Origin: Ferruginibacter sp.
Lineage (GTDB): Bacteria; Bacteroidota; Bacteroidia; Chitinophagales; Chitinophagaceae
Length of the DNA: 64,000 nt
Assembly: GCA_025350645.1 (NCBI GenBank)
Contig: JANXXM010000036.1
Location: 14,699 to 78,698 of the forward strand
Direction of reading: 5' to 3'
The position numbers were made by a program, and so were the translations under genes. This document shows positions 20,936-31,579 of the stretch, piece by piece. The notes beneath the pieces are model-generated. The model was not told the origin of the DNA and searched no databases. It worked only from the letters and a program-made list of their open reading frames with translations. The stretch's first letter is position 1. Each line of letters starts with the position of its first letter.

Positions 20936-21289
20936 TGGAATTTGTTTAAAGGGTTGAATGAAAAATTAACTGTTTTATTATATGATTTGAAAGAAAAGTT
21001 TCCTGATAAAGAAAAATTTGGTTTAACTAATAAAATGCGAAGGGCATCATTTTCTGTAGGAGCTTATATAGCAGAAGGTAGCTCAAGGTTTTCTGCAAAA
21101 GAACAAGCTCATTTTTATTCAATATCTTATGGAAATTTAATGGAATTGATGGGTCATTCATTCACATCTTCAGATCTAAAATATTTATGTAAGGTTGAAT
21201 TTAAAAAAATAAAAAGCATTGTATAGCCATTACCAGTAAAAACAAATAACTTAAGAAATACAGCATTTACAAAAAATGAAAAGAAATAG
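20936..21289 (+). pseudogene. Degraded four-helix-bundle (23S rRNA IVP / Avd-like) gene
   Basis: FPDKEKFGLTNKMRRASFSVGAYIAEGSSR motif; no clean start after rfbB. In-frame TAG at 21224-21226, after which the frame continues (PLPVKTNNLRNTAF...) to TAG 21287-21289. Confidence 0.7.
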
Positions 21290-21347
21290 TTTGCATAAAT
21301 ATCCTCTTCAACGCTTCAAAAAATATTTAACACTATAACATTTTTGT

Positions 21348-22211
21348 ATGAAAGGAATAATACTAGCAGGCGGCTCCGGTACAAGGTTATACCCTATAAC
21401 AATGGGCATAAGTAAGCAACTAATGCCCATTTATGATAAGCCTATGATCTATTACCCGCTTAGCACGCTAATGCTTGCTGGGATAAAAGATATTTTGATC
21501 ATTACCACTCCAGATGACCAGGAACAGTTTAAAAGGCTGCTCGGTACTGGGGATAAATGGGGATGCCATATTGAATATGCAAAGCAGGAGGTTCCCAACG
21601 GGCTGGCGCAGGCATTTGTTATTGGAGAAAAATTTATTGGAAACGACAGTGTGGCGCTGGTACTGGGCGATAATATTTTTTACGGCAGCGGGTTTAGTAA
21701 AATACTTAAAGAAGCATCTGAAGTAAACGGCGCCGTTATTTTTGCATACCCGGTAAGCGACCCGGAGCGATATGGCGTGGTAGATTTTGATGCAGATTTT
21801 ACCGCTTTAAGTATTGAAGAAAAGCCGGCACATCCCAAGAGTAACTATGCAGTACCAGGCCTTTACTTTTATGATAACAGTGTGGTAGAAATTGCAAAAA
21901 ATATTCCTGCAAGCCCAAGGGGAGAATATGAAATAACCGATGTAAATAAAGTATACCTGCACGCCAAAGCCCTAAAGGTAGCAGTACTGGATCGTGGTTT
22001 TGCATGGTTAGATACAGGCACTTTCGATTCATTAAGTGATGCAAGCGAATATGTACGGGTAATTGAAAAAAGGCAGGGGTTAAAAATAGGATGCCCCGAA
22101 GAAATTGCTTTTAGAAAAGGATTTATTAATAAACAACAATTGCTTGTATTGGCCAACGAACTTAAAAAAAGCGGGTACGGTGAGTATTTGTTACAACTGG
22201 CAAAAGCATAA
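21348..22211 (+). CDS. rfbA: Glucose-1-phosphate thymidylyltransferase
   Basis: [38 protein letters not shown]-like GEYEITD, WLDTGT. Confidence 0.97.
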   Translation: MKGIILAGGSGTRLYPITMGISKQLMPIYDKPMIYYPLSTLMLAGIKDILIITTPDDQEQFKRLLGTGDKWGCHIEYAKQEVPNGLAQAFVIGEKFIGNDSVALVLGDNIFYGSGFSKILKEASEVNGAVIFAYPVSDPERYGVVDFDADFTALSIEEKPAHPKSNYAVPGLYFYDNSVVEIAKNIPASPRGEYEITDVNKVYLHAKALKVAVLDRGFAWLDTGTFDSLSDASEYVRVIEKRQGLKIGCPEEIAFRKGFINKQQLLVLANELKKSGYGEYLLQLAKA

Positions 22212-22317
22212 AATATGCTAGAAGTGTTATATCATTTTTTGTAACAATTTGTAAAATTAATACTTTTAATATACCCTTACACACAGCATCTATACCGCAT
22301 TACAGGTTTAAAAGTGT

Positions 22318-22325
22318 TACTTTTG
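22318..22325 (+). promoter_or_regulatory. -7 element TACTTTTG for asnB
   Basis: Exact TAnnTTTG match 25 nt before the ATG. Confidence 0.5.
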
Positions 22326-22350
22326 CCCCTTCAAAAAAAAATATTAGAAC

Positions 22351-24252
22351 ATGTGTGGAATATCGGGGTTTGTAGATTTTAGGAAAGAAACGGGTATAGC
22401 TATTCTGGAAAAAATGAACAGAACAATGCTGCACAGAGGCCCCGATGGCGAAGGCTATGGAATATACAATAACGAAACCGCCACAATAGGTTTGGGGCAT
22501 AGAAGATTAAGTATTATTGACCTTACCGAGGGTGGCAGCCAGCCACAAACATTCGGCAGTTTACATATTACCTTTAATGGAGAAATTTATAACTATGCAG
22601 AAATAAAAACGGTTTTGGAAAAGAGTGGGCATACTTTTCAGAGCCATAGCGATACCGAAGTTATTCTTCATGCATACAAAGAATGGGGGAGCGATGCGCT
22701 GCAGCATTTTATAGGGATGTTCGCTTTTGTAATTTATGATGAAGCCTGCAACAAGTTATTTGCCTGCAGAGACAGGGCTGGCGTAAAACCTTTTTTTTAT
22801 TATTTTAAGGATGGATTGTTTCTATTTGCATCGGAGTTAAAAGCTATTATGCAGCATCCATCCTTTACCAGGCAAATAAATATGAATGCACTTGCTGCTT
22901 ATATGCAGTATGGCTACGTGCCTGCACCACACTGCATATTTAACGATACATTCAAATTAAATGCAGGCTATTGTTTACAATTAAATACCGTTGATGCCTC
23001 TTTAAAATTGCAGCAATACTGGAATGTATATGATGCGTATAACAAACCTCTGTTAAAAATTAATTTAACCGAGGCCATAGCAGAAACAGAAAAAATACTG
23101 ACTAAGGCTTTTCAATACCGGATGGTGAGCGATGTGCCGGTGGGTGTTTTTTTGAGTGGCGGGTACGATAGCAGTTGCGTTACGGCACTCTTGCAAAAAG
23201 ACAATACAGAAAAACTAAAAACCTTTACCATAGGATTTTCTGATAGTAACCACAATGAAGCGCCGCATGCAAAAAAAGTAGCGGATCATTTAGGTACAGA
23301 TCATACAGAATATTATTGCACACAAAAAGAAGCATTGGAGATAGTACCACAATTACCTTTTTTTTATGATGAGCCCTTTGCAGATAGCAGTGCAATACCC
23401 ACAACACTAGTAAGTAAAATTGCAAGAAAGCAAGTTACAGTTGCCCTATCTGCAGATGCGGGCGATGAGATTTTTGCCGGATATAGCCGGTATGAATATG
23501 TAATGAAATATGGTAAAAAATTACAGCAAATACCAGCCATTCTAAGAAAAAGTGCAGCCGCAGTTATGGCCGGTATACCTATTGAAAAAATACTAGTCTT
23601 TAAAAATAAACAAAATAAGTTTAATAAAGTACAGCGTTTGTTTAACGATGCGGGAGATCATAATATACTTATGAGTTTAACAAAACTGGTAAGTGAAAAG
23701 GAGATTGCAAGGCTTTTAAAAACCCCCTCAATCACTTTAAACACAGGGTTTGACAGTAAGGAACTAAAATCCGATTATTATTCCACCCTATCCTACCTCA
23801 TGTCCATAGATTACCAAACATACCTGGCAGATGATATTTTGCAAAAGGTAGACCGGGCAGGAATGAGCGTAAGTTTAGAAGGACGAGAGCCATTTTTGGA
23901 TCATAACATTATAGAATGGGCGGCGCAATTACCGCTGGAGTATAAATATAAGCAAGGCAACAAAAAGTTTATTTTAAAAGAAATAGTGCATAAATACATT
24001 CCCGAACAAATGATGAACAGGCCCAAAATGGGATTTTCGATACCTGTTTCAACCTGGCTTAAAGGAGATTTGAAAAAATATGTTGATGAATATCTTTCAG
24101 AATCATTTCTTAAGGAACAAAATATTTTTCACCTGGATGAAGTGAAACAAATCCTTCATTCGTTTTATACTCAAAAAACAGAAAGTGCAGAAAAGATCTG
24201 GTACCTGCTCATGTTCCAAATGTGGTACGATAAGTGGATAAATGGACAATAG
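22351..24252 (+). CDS. asnB: Asparagine synthase (glutamine-hydrolysing) family amidotransferase
   Basis: MCGI Ntn N-terminus, HRGPD, GHRRLSIID, FNGEIYN, RDR.GVKP, LSGGYDSS, KVDR..M..SLE.R.PFLD. Confidence 0.93.
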   Translation: MCGISGFVDFRKETGIAILEKMNRTMLHRGPDGEGYGIYNNETATIGLGHRRLSIIDLTEGGSQPQTFGSLHITFNGEIYNYAEIKTVLEKSGHTFQSHSDTEVILHAYKEWGSDALQHFIGMFAFVIYDEACNKLFACRDRAGVKPFFYYFKDGLFLFASELKAIMQHPSFTRQINMNALAAYMQYGYVPAPHCIFNDTFKLNAGYCLQLNTVDASLKLQQYWNVYDAYNKPLLKINLTEAIAETEKILTKAFQYRMVSDVPVGVFLSGGYDSSCVTALLQKDNTEKLKTFTIGFSDSNHNEAPHAKKVADHLGTDHTEYYCTQKEALEIVPQLPFFYDEPFADSSAIPTTLVSKIARKQVTVALSADAGDEIFAGYSRYEYVMKYGKKLQQIPAILRKSAAAVMAGIPIEKILVFKNKQNKFNKVQRLFNDAGDHNILMSLTKLVSEKEIARLLKTPSITLNTGFDSKELKSDYYSTLSYLMSIDYQTYLADDILQKVDRAGMSVSLEGREPFLDHNIIEWAAQLPLEYKYKQGNKKFILKEIVHKYIPEQMMNRPKMGFSIPVSTWLKGDLKKYVDEYLSESFLKEQNIFHLDEVKQILHSFYTQKTESAEKIWYLLMFQMWYDKWINGQ

Positions 24253-25444
24253 GAAAGCAGAGTTTATAAAAAACGCTAAATTTATTATGAAAAAAAGAAT
24301 TTTAGTAGATGCTACTACGGTAACATCTGTTACAGATGGCTTGTCCCAATATATTATTAACCTGATAAAAAATTTTCCCAAAGAAGCGTTTGAAATATTT
24401 GAATTATCGTTGCTGGTTAATAAAGGGATTGAGCGAAAAGAACTACAACAACTGATCGACTCAAAAAAATTTAAAATTGTAGAAACCAATATTGCGCCGA
24501 TAGGACCCAGAAGGGATATTGGTATGTACCAATTTTACAGGAAAAATAAAAATACTTTTGATGTTTTTCACAGCACATCTAACCAATACCCACTGTGTAT
24601 TAAAAATGGTATAGCCACCATACATGACATTACTTTTAAGTTTTATTTTGATAAACCATGGTGGACATTTAAGCTTGCACAGCGTTATTTAAATCTTATT
24701 ATAGCTAATTCTTTAAAAAATGCAGGCTCTGTAATATCGGTATCCGATGCTACTAAAAATATGCTCATTGATGTTTATAATCTAACTGCAAATGAAAGCA
24801 AAAAAATAGAAACTATTTATGAAGGTTGGGAACATCTCATTATAACTGAGACTGACGGTGACAGCACAGACATAAATAATAATTACGGCAGGTATCTCTT
24901 TTATGTAGGAACAACCAGGAAGCACAAGAACATGAAAAAATTGCTGTCTGCTTTCAGTATTGCTATTGAAACCCTGCCTAAAGATATTAACCTTGTACTT
25001 ACCGGCAGTGAGACTTATCTTGATGATGACGACAGGTCTAATATTAATTTAATTAATAAAAACAGCAAGCGGGTAATATTTACAGGGTATGTATCAAAAA
25101 CCGTTTTAAACACACTTTTTAAAAATGCCAGTGTATTTATTTTCCCCTCTTTGTGCGAGGGGTTTGGCATTCCTGTACTGGAATCTTTTTATTTTGATAA
25201 ACCCCTGTTATGCTCACAAACAACTTCGCTACCAGAGATTGCCGGAAATGCCGCATTGCTTTTTGACCCTGAAAACCCGAAAGATATAGCCGAAAAAATT
25301 ATTTATTTCTATACCCATCCAGAACTTACGGCATCATTAATTTTAAAAGGAAGAGAACGGCTTAAACAATTCTCGTGGAAAAAAGCAGCAAATGAAACTT
25401 TTCAATTGTATAAAAGACATTTTGAGAAAACGGGTAATAATTAG
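24242..25444 (+). CDS. Glycosyltransferase family 4 (MtfB/WbaZ-like)
   Basis: ATIHD, ISVS.AT, YVG..RKHKN, FPSLCEGFGIPVLES, FSWKK.A; start may be the second ATG (MKKRILVD). Confidence 0.9.
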   Translation: MDNRKAEFIKNAKFIMKKRILVDATTVTSVTDGLSQYIINLIKNFPKEAFEIFELSLLVNKGIERKELQQLIDSKKFKIVETNIAPIGPRRDIGMYQFYRKNKNTFDVFHSTSNQYPLCIKNGIATIHDITFKFYFDKPWWTFKLAQRYLNLIIANSLKNAGSVISVSDATKNMLIDVYNLTANESKKIETIYEGWEHLIITETDGDSTDINNNYGRYLFYVGTTRKHKNMKKLLSAFSIAIETLPKDINLVLTGSETYLDDDDRSNINLINKNSKRVIFTGYVSKTVLNTLFKNASVFIFPSLCEGFGIPVLESFYFDKPLLCSQTTSLPEIAGNAALLFDPENPKDIAEKIIYFYTHPELTASLILKGRERLKQFSWKKAANETFQLYKRHFEKTGNN

Positions 25445-25487
25445 ATTTTAAATACGAGATTTTTCTTTGTTTTTAATATGGTCCCTC

Positions 25488-27152
25488 TTATTTTCTCCGC
25501 CTTATAACTGCATCAATAATAGATAACTTTCCTGTAAAGTTTATGGTGTGAACGGCACTCAGGTCTTTTGCCCAATTAGGAAAAATAGATTGTATTTGTA
25601 CTTCCTCATATTCTTGTTTTGTAAGTTTAATAATTTCTTTTATCTGCATTCCATAGCCATAATATTTTGCACTATTTTGAGCTGGTCTGTATATCTTGTT
25701 GTTGTGTATAAAAATATTTCCGGCTGATCTTGCGCATTTTACATCAGAAATAATAGGGTTCTGAGGATGAGATATCCAGTTGCCGCTTAACAGGTCTTCG
25801 CTGTAAAAAAGAAACAATTCGTCTGTAGCTAAAGCATTTTTTTCATTTTTAATATTAGTAAAAATCCAGTAAGTATTATTATACCTAAATACTGTTGAAT
25901 CTACAGCCCTAATATTGTTTATTAACACTTTTTCAAGCTCCCAAACCAGCGGAAAGGTTGTGCATCTGTACATTTCTATCCTGTTATTCTGAGAAGTTTC
26001 CGGAATCATAAATAACACACCGCCTTCCTCCAATATAAAAGGGTAAGATAAATGATAGTCTTTTTTAAGAATCTGTTTGGGCTGCTCATACACTCCATTC
26101 TTGTCCATTTCTATCATTGATATAAAACCAACATTTTTTGATATAAGCATTTCTTCAATAAAAATATAATATTTATCATCTCTAAAGATTACGAATGGGT
26201 CAGCCCAGATTCTGTCTTTTGGCGGCATGATTCTTTTATACCTAAAAAAAGATTTGGATATTGTTTCTGTTGATTCTAACCTAAAAAGTAAAATCCACTG
26301 AGAGAAATAAAATAAATCAGCTATTTTGTTGCCGGCCTTATGCAAAAAGTTTTTTAAAAATCCTTTTAGTACTTCCCAGTTTGCAGGATCTTTATAAAGC
26401 CTGTTATAGTAAAAAAGTGTTCTCTCATTTAAATTTTTTATATCGTCTAAAAAACTATCCTGCCCTGTGCGATATAATTCGTCAAGTTTTCTTGGAATAA
26501 ATGCAGCCGCTTTCCAGTAATAATTATTTTTATTTTTTTGAACACTTAGCCTGTTTGTGCTGGAAAAAGATTCTGTAATCAATTTCCCTCCATCAAGATC
26601 CTCCGTTAAAATTTGTAAAATAACTCCCGTTTCATGCTCCGCATCAAAAACCTCCCAAAAACCTGCAGGGCCTCCTCTTTTTAATTTATAATCTCCATGG
26701 TGATAAGACCAAATTCCCAGCCTGCAGATTTTAAGTATATCGCCACGCAAAATTTTAAACCCAAGCCTTATAAAAACATCTACGCTGTAATTTTTAATTT
26801 TAGCGATATCCTCGGGTAGAACTACGTCACTAAATTTTGTTTCTATAGTGTGCACCTGCAGCTCTTCACAAAAAATAATATCCTTTAAATTTTTTATTTC
26901 AAATGCCGATGTAGAAGATTTCGTAAGATAGACATCTAATTTTGTATATAAAAAATACAACAAACTACGCCTCTTTAACCATATTTTTCGCAATATGAAA
27001 ATGCGTTCCTTTTTCTCTGCATTCCTTTTTTTTACAACTAAAGTTACTTGTGCTGAGCTTGAGTTATTAATACACTTGATCATTTCAAAAGCCCACTGTG
27101 GAATGTGGTAAGAATCTATGAGCAATCCTACTTTTATTTTTTGTGCTCTCAT
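25488..27152 (-). CDS. Formyltransferase-like domain fused to a five-bladed propeller of the GINT1 (glucosamine inositolphosphorylceramide transferase) N-terminal type
   Basis: SYHHGD...RGGPAGFWE...TGVILQ...LDGG (formyltransferase-like); WADPF, HLSYPF, IPET, HPQNPI, RPAQ...YG (propeller). Confidence 0.7.
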   Translation of the reverse strand: MRAQKIKVGLLIDSYHIPQWAFEMIKCINNSSSAQVTLVVKKRNAEKKERIFILRKIWLKRRSLLYFLYTKLDVYLTKSSTSAFEIKNLKDIIFCEELQVHTIETKFSDVVLPEDIAKIKNYSVDVFIRLGFKILRGDILKICRLGIWSYHHGDYKLKRGGPAGFWEVFDAEHETGVILQILTEDLDGGKLITESFSSTNRLSVQKNKNNYYWKAAAFIPRKLDELYRTGQDSFLDDIKNLNERTLFYYNRLYKDPANWEVLKGFLKNFLHKAGNKIADLFYFSQWILLFRLESTETISKSFFRYKRIMPPKDRIWADPFVIFRDDKYYIFIEEMLISKNVGFISMIEMDKNGVYEQPKQILKKDYHLSYPFILEEGGVLFMIPETSQNNRIEMYRCTTFPLVWELEKVLINNIRAVDSTVFRYNNTYWIFTNIKNEKNALATDELFLFYSEDLLSGNWISHPQNPIISDVKCARSAGNIFIHNNKIYRPAQNSAKYYGYGMQIKEIIKLTKQEYEEVQIQSIFPNWAKDLSAVHTINFTGKLSIIDAVIRRRK

Positions 27153-28471
27153 TTTTTATTTTTGTTACTTAACTGAATTTTAAGATTCAGCAATAATATC
27201 ATAAAAATATAAAATGGCAATAATGGCAACCTATATCTTACGAGTGTGCCAAAATTAAATGTTGTAAATCCTACAATCATAGCCATAAGTGTACAAAAAA
27301 TAAAGCAAAATAATACTGCGGGATCGGATAAAAGTATTCTGAAAAATCCGAAAAATCTGGCTTTGATAACTACGTAAAAAAACGAAAGAAACATTACCAA
27401 AGATTCCAGCGCAGATAAAAACATTATCGGCTTTTTTGCTTCCCATAAAAAAGGCCGGTATAATGTACTAAAAACGGTAACAGGCGTTGCCAAAATTATA
27501 CCTGCTGCACTAATATCAAAATTCATTGGTTTAAAACCTCCCTGGCTTTCGTCGCTCTCTGCACTGCCATAATTATCTATATTGGATTGAACCAGTAAAG
27601 CTGTTTCTGCAACTGAATTTTCGATTGTATTTATAGATGCGAAAATAAATCCTGTTATTCCGCCAATAGCGAAAAGCACCAAAAAAAAACGAGCAAGCAC
27701 ATTTTTACTTTTCTGAATTGTGTTTACAACAAAATATGCACCTCCCGCAGCAAGTGTAATGCCCACCAATGCTACCTTTATGCCGGAAAGAAAATAAAGA
27801 GATAGTAAAACAATGATGATGTTGACAACCAGTCGTTCTTTTTTTATAAACAATTTATATAACGAATAAATAAGAATACCCACAAAGCCAAGTGCTAAAG
27901 AATCTTTGCCTGCTCCGCTACCCCAGAACCAGATAGTGGGAGTAAAAATCATAGCAAACGCAAGCGGCTTTTCTATACTTCTTTTAGATATATCATTAAA
28001 AACGCAGAATAATTTCCATGTGCCAATAAAAGAAATAAATCCAAAAAAAAGTGCATTTATTAAAAAATGGCTAAAAGACAAAATAGAGAAGAATCCCATA
28101 AATTTCATTGCCGAAAGACTGGATGGTGCAAACAAATTTCCATAAGTATAGGCCGATATATCTCCGGCACCAGGTAGTTGGGTAAAACTTTCTCCCTCTA
28201 AAAAAAATACTCCTAAAAATTTGCCTGATGTAAAAACTGTTTGTTTTATAAAATGGCCTCCATCAAAATAACCAAAGGCATCGCCATAACCATAGTAGTA
28301 TTGTAACACAAGAGAGTGTATAAAACATCCTGCAATATGAATATAAAATGTATTTAGAAAATACTTTCTTAATACTGATCCTTTGTACTTTTCTGCCTTT
28401 TTTAAAACTATAAATTGTAATAAAAAAAAATAAAGAGGAAACAATAAATAATCATACAGCGTGATTACCAT
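27149..28471 (-). CDS. Multi-TM membrane protein, probable Wzy-type polysaccharide polymerase
   Basis: About 11 hydrophobic segments, YGYGDAFGY, FWGSG.GKD, LYRPF.WE, NFGTLVRYR motifs; located in a glycan locus. Confidence 0.6.
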   Translation of the reverse strand: MVITLYDYLLFPLYFFLLQFIVLKKAEKYKGSVLRKYFLNTFYIHIAGCFIHSLVLQYYYGYGDAFGYFDGGHFIKQTVFTSGKFLGVFFLEGESFTQLPGAGDISAYTYGNLFAPSSLSAMKFMGFFSILSFSHFLINALFFGFISFIGTWKLFCVFNDISKRSIEKPLAFAMIFTPTIWFWGSGAGKDSLALGFVGILIYSLYKLFIKKERLVVNIIIVLLSLYFLSGIKVALVGITLAAGGAYFVVNTIQKSKNVLARFFLVLFAIGGITGFIFASINTIENSVAETALLVQSNIDNYGSAESDESQGGFKPMNFDISAAGIILATPVTVFSTLYRPFLWEAKKPIMFLSALESLVMFLSFFYVVIKARFFGFFRILLSDPAVLFCFIFCTLMAMIVGFTTFNFGTLVRYRLPLLPFYIFMILLLNLKIQLSNKNKK

Positions 28472-28626
28472 ATTGTTTTATTTTTTTTTGTGAAAGAAAA
28501 TGCATTTGGTATGATAATTAAACAGGGATATTACAAATGTAGCAACTCCCTTTTATATGCTTTTAACTTTTTTAAAAGAAATATCGGATATTTACCCGCA
28601 ACAAATTAGGATATAAGATATACCGT

Positions 28627-29679
28627 ATGAATGTAAAGAGAAATTTGAATTTGATACAGGTGCTGAGGGGTGTTGCAAGTTTACTGGTGGTATTGTACCA
28701 TACCACTTCTCTCCTAAAAGAAAATACAAACCTAAATTTTTTGGGTGGTTTTTTTATGTTTGGGGGGGCAGGTGTAGATATTTTTTTTGTGCTAAGTGGT
28801 TTTATTATTACCTATTCCAGCAAGCAACTTATCCAAAAAAACGCTACTTTTTTTTTATTTTTAAAAAGACGATTTGTACGAATTTTTCCGGTATACTGGT
28901 TATTAATAAGCGCATTATTATTATTACAGGCACTTTTGCCATCATTTTATAAAACGCATTATGATTTTACATTCGCAAATTTGCTATCTACCTATTTTTT
29001 ATTTCCGCAACATATTATGCTTAACGGAGTAAGCTGGACATTGAGTTATGAGCTGTTTTTTTACTTTCTTTTTTCTCTAACTTTTTTAATTAAGAATAAA
29101 AATATTCTGATTGGTATGTCGTTTTTTTATTTGGCTGCAATTATTATTTTACCATTATTCGGTTTTGACTATGAAAGCGGTGGCAAATGGTATAACCTGA
29201 TTTTTTTTCCTATGAACATCGAATTTTTTATGGGAATTACTGTCGCTCTTTTAATAGCTTTTCTCCCTACAAAAATTGCAAAACCATTTATCATTATAGG
29301 TACTCTTCTATTCTTATGCGGCGGAATACTTTCTAATTATGGTATTGCACTTGCTGCCGGTCCCTTTAACAGGGTTTTATTATTTGGAATACCTTCATTT
29401 TTCTTAATTGCAGGTGTAGTAAAATTGGAGTTTGCAAAAGAAATTAAAACACATGGAATTTTCATTGCACTTGGGGAGGCCTCATATTCACTTTATCTGG
29501 TGCACCTGCCGCTCATAGCAGCTTTTTTAAAAGTAGCCGGCAAATATTTAAGCCAGTCTATTTTGTTATTGCATGCAGCAGCTTTTATTACCATTATAAT
29601 TGTAAGTATTGCCAGCATATATTTTTTCAGACTGGTAGAAAAACCTATGATTAATAAAATAAACAAGGCACTTAATTAA
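28627..29679 (+). CDS. Acyltransferase family 3 (OafA-like O-acyltransferase)
   Basis: IQVLRGVA..LVV.YH, GVDIFFVLSGF, RRFVRIFP.YW, WTLSYE..FY, LGEASYSLYL.H. Confidence 0.92.
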   Translation: MNVKRNLNLIQVLRGVASLLVVLYHTTSLLKENTNLNFLGGFFMFGGAGVDIFFVLSGFIITYSSKQLIQKNATFFLFLKRRFVRIFPVYWLLISALLLLQALLPSFYKTHYDFTFANLLSTYFLFPQHIMLNGVSWTLSYELFFYFLFSLTFLIKNKNILIGMSFFYLAAIIILPLFGFDYESGGKWYNLIFFPMNIEFFMGITVALLIAFLPTKIAKPFIIIGTLLFLCGGILSNYGIALAAGPFNRVLLFGIPSFFLIAGVVKLEFAKEIKTHGIFIALGEASYSLYLVHLPLIAAFLKVAGKYLSQSILLLHAAAFITIIIVSIASIYFFRLVEKPMINKINKALN

Positions 29680-29695
29680 TTTAAAAAAGTTCATT

Positions 29696-30859
29696 TTGTT
29701 TAATAACAACAAACTCATTCGCATAACTACTGTTCCTATGGCTCTGGCATATCCTTTAAAAGGGCAGCCTAGTTATATGCAGCAAACAGGAATGGAGGTA
29801 GTTATGATAAGTGCCGATGGAAAAGAATTGCAAATGCTATTGGCAAACGAACCCTGCAGGCATATTGTAGTGCCAATGACGAGGAAAATAACTCCTCTCC
29901 AAGATCTAAAATGTATACTGCAGCTCATTAAAATTTTTAAAAAAGAAAAGCCGGCAATTATACATACAGAAACACCCAAAGCCGGATTGCTGGGAATGAT
30001 AGCCGCAAAAATTGCTGGCATAAAAGTTAGAATTCACACTGTAGCTGGTTTGCCGCTAATGGTAGAAAAAGGAGCTAAAATGGCATTACTAAAGACTATC
30101 GAAAAACTTACCTATGCAGCTGCTACCAATGTGTGGCCAAATAGTGATTCGCTAAAAAAATATATCATAGAACATAATTTTACTGCTTCACAAAAAATAA
30201 ATATTATTGGAAATGGTTCTTCCAATGGCATAGATACCGTTAGGTACAATGCCGATAATCTTAAAGATGATTTTCTTACTGAAATAAAAAAATCAGTTTC
30301 CTATAGCGAGGCCAATACCTATCTCTTGTTTATCGGCCGCCTCGTGCTGGATAAAGGTATTGTAGAATTAGTAAATGTTTTTTCCCTATTGCAAAAAGAC
30401 TTTCCTTATTTGCGGTTAATACTTACCGGGCAGTATGAGCCTGATCTTGACCCGCTGCCTGCAGCTATTGAAGATCAGATAAAAAATAATACCGCCATTA
30501 TTCATATAAACTGGACGGATAAAGTTGAATATTACATGCACATTGCGCATTACTTTGTTTTCCCCTCCTACAGAGAAGGATTTCCAAATGTTTTGCTGGA
30601 AGCCGCCGCTATGAAATTACCCATACTATGCAGCAGGATAACAGGCAATGTGGATATTGTTACCGATAATGAAACTGGTTTAATTTTTACAAGTATGAAT
30701 GAAAAAGATTTAAAAGCTAAACTTATTATGGCGCTTAATGATTCTTTGCACATGAAGCAAATGGCCGAAACGTTATTTCATACAATTACCACAGTTTATA
30801 ATAGAGAATTATTCTGGAAAAGTATGAGAGAAGCATATCAAGATCTGCTAAATAAATAA
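29696..30859 (+). CDS. Glycosyltransferase family 4 (CapM-like)
   Basis: IHTETPKAG, RIHTVAGL, GNGSSNGID, GRLVLDKG, PSYREGFPNV.LEA; TTG start. Confidence 0.9.
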   Translation: MFNNNKLIRITTVPMALAYPLKGQPSYMQQTGMEVVMISADGKELQMLLANEPCRHIVVPMTRKITPLQDLKCILQLIKIFKKEKPAIIHTETPKAGLLGMIAAKIAGIKVRIHTVAGLPLMVEKGAKMALLKTIEKLTYAAATNVWPNSDSLKKYIIEHNFTASQKINIIGNGSSNGIDTVRYNADNLKDDFLTEIKKSVSYSEANTYLLFIGRLVLDKGIVELVNVFSLLQKDFPYLRLILTGQYEPDLDPLPAAIEDQIKNNTAIIHINWTDKVEYYMHIAHYFVFPSYREGFPNVLLEAAAMKLPILCSRITGNVDIVTDNETGLIFTSMNEKDLKAKLIMALNDSLHMKQMAETLFHTITTVYNRELFWKSMREAYQDLLNK

Positions 30860-30870
30860 ATAATTTTGAA

Positions 30871-31476
30871 ATGATAATAATTGGCTATTCTGGTCATGCA
30901 TTTGTGGTATATGCAATACTATCCGCAGCGGGCAAAAAAGTAATTGGTTACTGTGATGAAAGTATAAAAGAAAAAAATCCGTTTAACCTTTCCTACTTTG
31001 GTTCAGAAACAAGCGAAACAGCAATATCCAAACTATCCAGCCATTCATTTTTTATATCCATTGGTAATAATAAAATAAGAAGCAAGGTATATTACGATTT
31101 GCACAAAAAAGGACTTTTACCTGTAAATGCTGTTCATCCATCTGCAATTATAGACACAACAGTAAAAATACAATCTAATGGCACCATGATTGCAGCAGGA
31201 GTAATTATAAACCCGCTTGTTACAATAGGAAATGGGGTCATTTGTAATACAGGCTGTGTTATAGAACATGAATGCGTGGTTGAAGACTTTGCACATATAG
31301 GGCCGGGAGCAATATTATGTGGCAATGTACATGTAGGGCAATATACATTTATAGGTGCTGGTGCAGTAGTGAAACAGGGTATAAAAATTGGGAGCAATGT
31401 AATAGTTGGCGCTGGTGCGGTAGTCGTAAAAAATATTAATGATGGTGTTGTAGTGAAAGGATGTCCTGCCAGGTAA
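30871..31476 (+). CDS. Sugar N-acetyltransferase, PglD/NeuD family
   Basis: IGYSGHA, SIGNNKIR, VHPSAII, IEHEC...FAHIGP, G.PAR. Confidence 0.9.
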   Translation: MIIIGYSGHAFVVYAILSAAGKKVIGYCDESIKEKNPFNLSYFGSETSETAISKLSSHSFFISIGNNKIRSKVYYDLHKKGLLPVNAVHPSAIIDTTVKIQSNGTMIAAGVIINPLVTIGNGVICNTGCVIEHECVVEDFAHIGPGAILCGNVHVGQYTFIGAGAVVKQGIKIGSNVIVGAGAVVVKNINDGVVVKGCPAR

Positions 31477-31549
31477 GTTTTCAGAGAGATTTTCGTTGTT
31501 AATAAATAGTGTTTATTTACATAAAAGTGTCATTTTATGGGCAATGGTT

Positions 31550-31557
31550 TATATTTG
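31550..31557 (+). promoter_or_regulatory. -7 element TATATTTG
   Basis: Exact TAnnTTTG match 22 nt upstream of the ATG at 31580. Confidence 0.55.
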
Positions 31558-31579
31558 CACATAAAATTTTAAAAAATAT

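Noticed and set aside
20894-21289. Four-helix bundle as Avd of a diversity-generating retroelement, or the TAG as a recoded (pyrrolysine) codon
   Set aside because: No reverse transcriptase, TR/VR pair or pyl genes in the window; simple decay explains it
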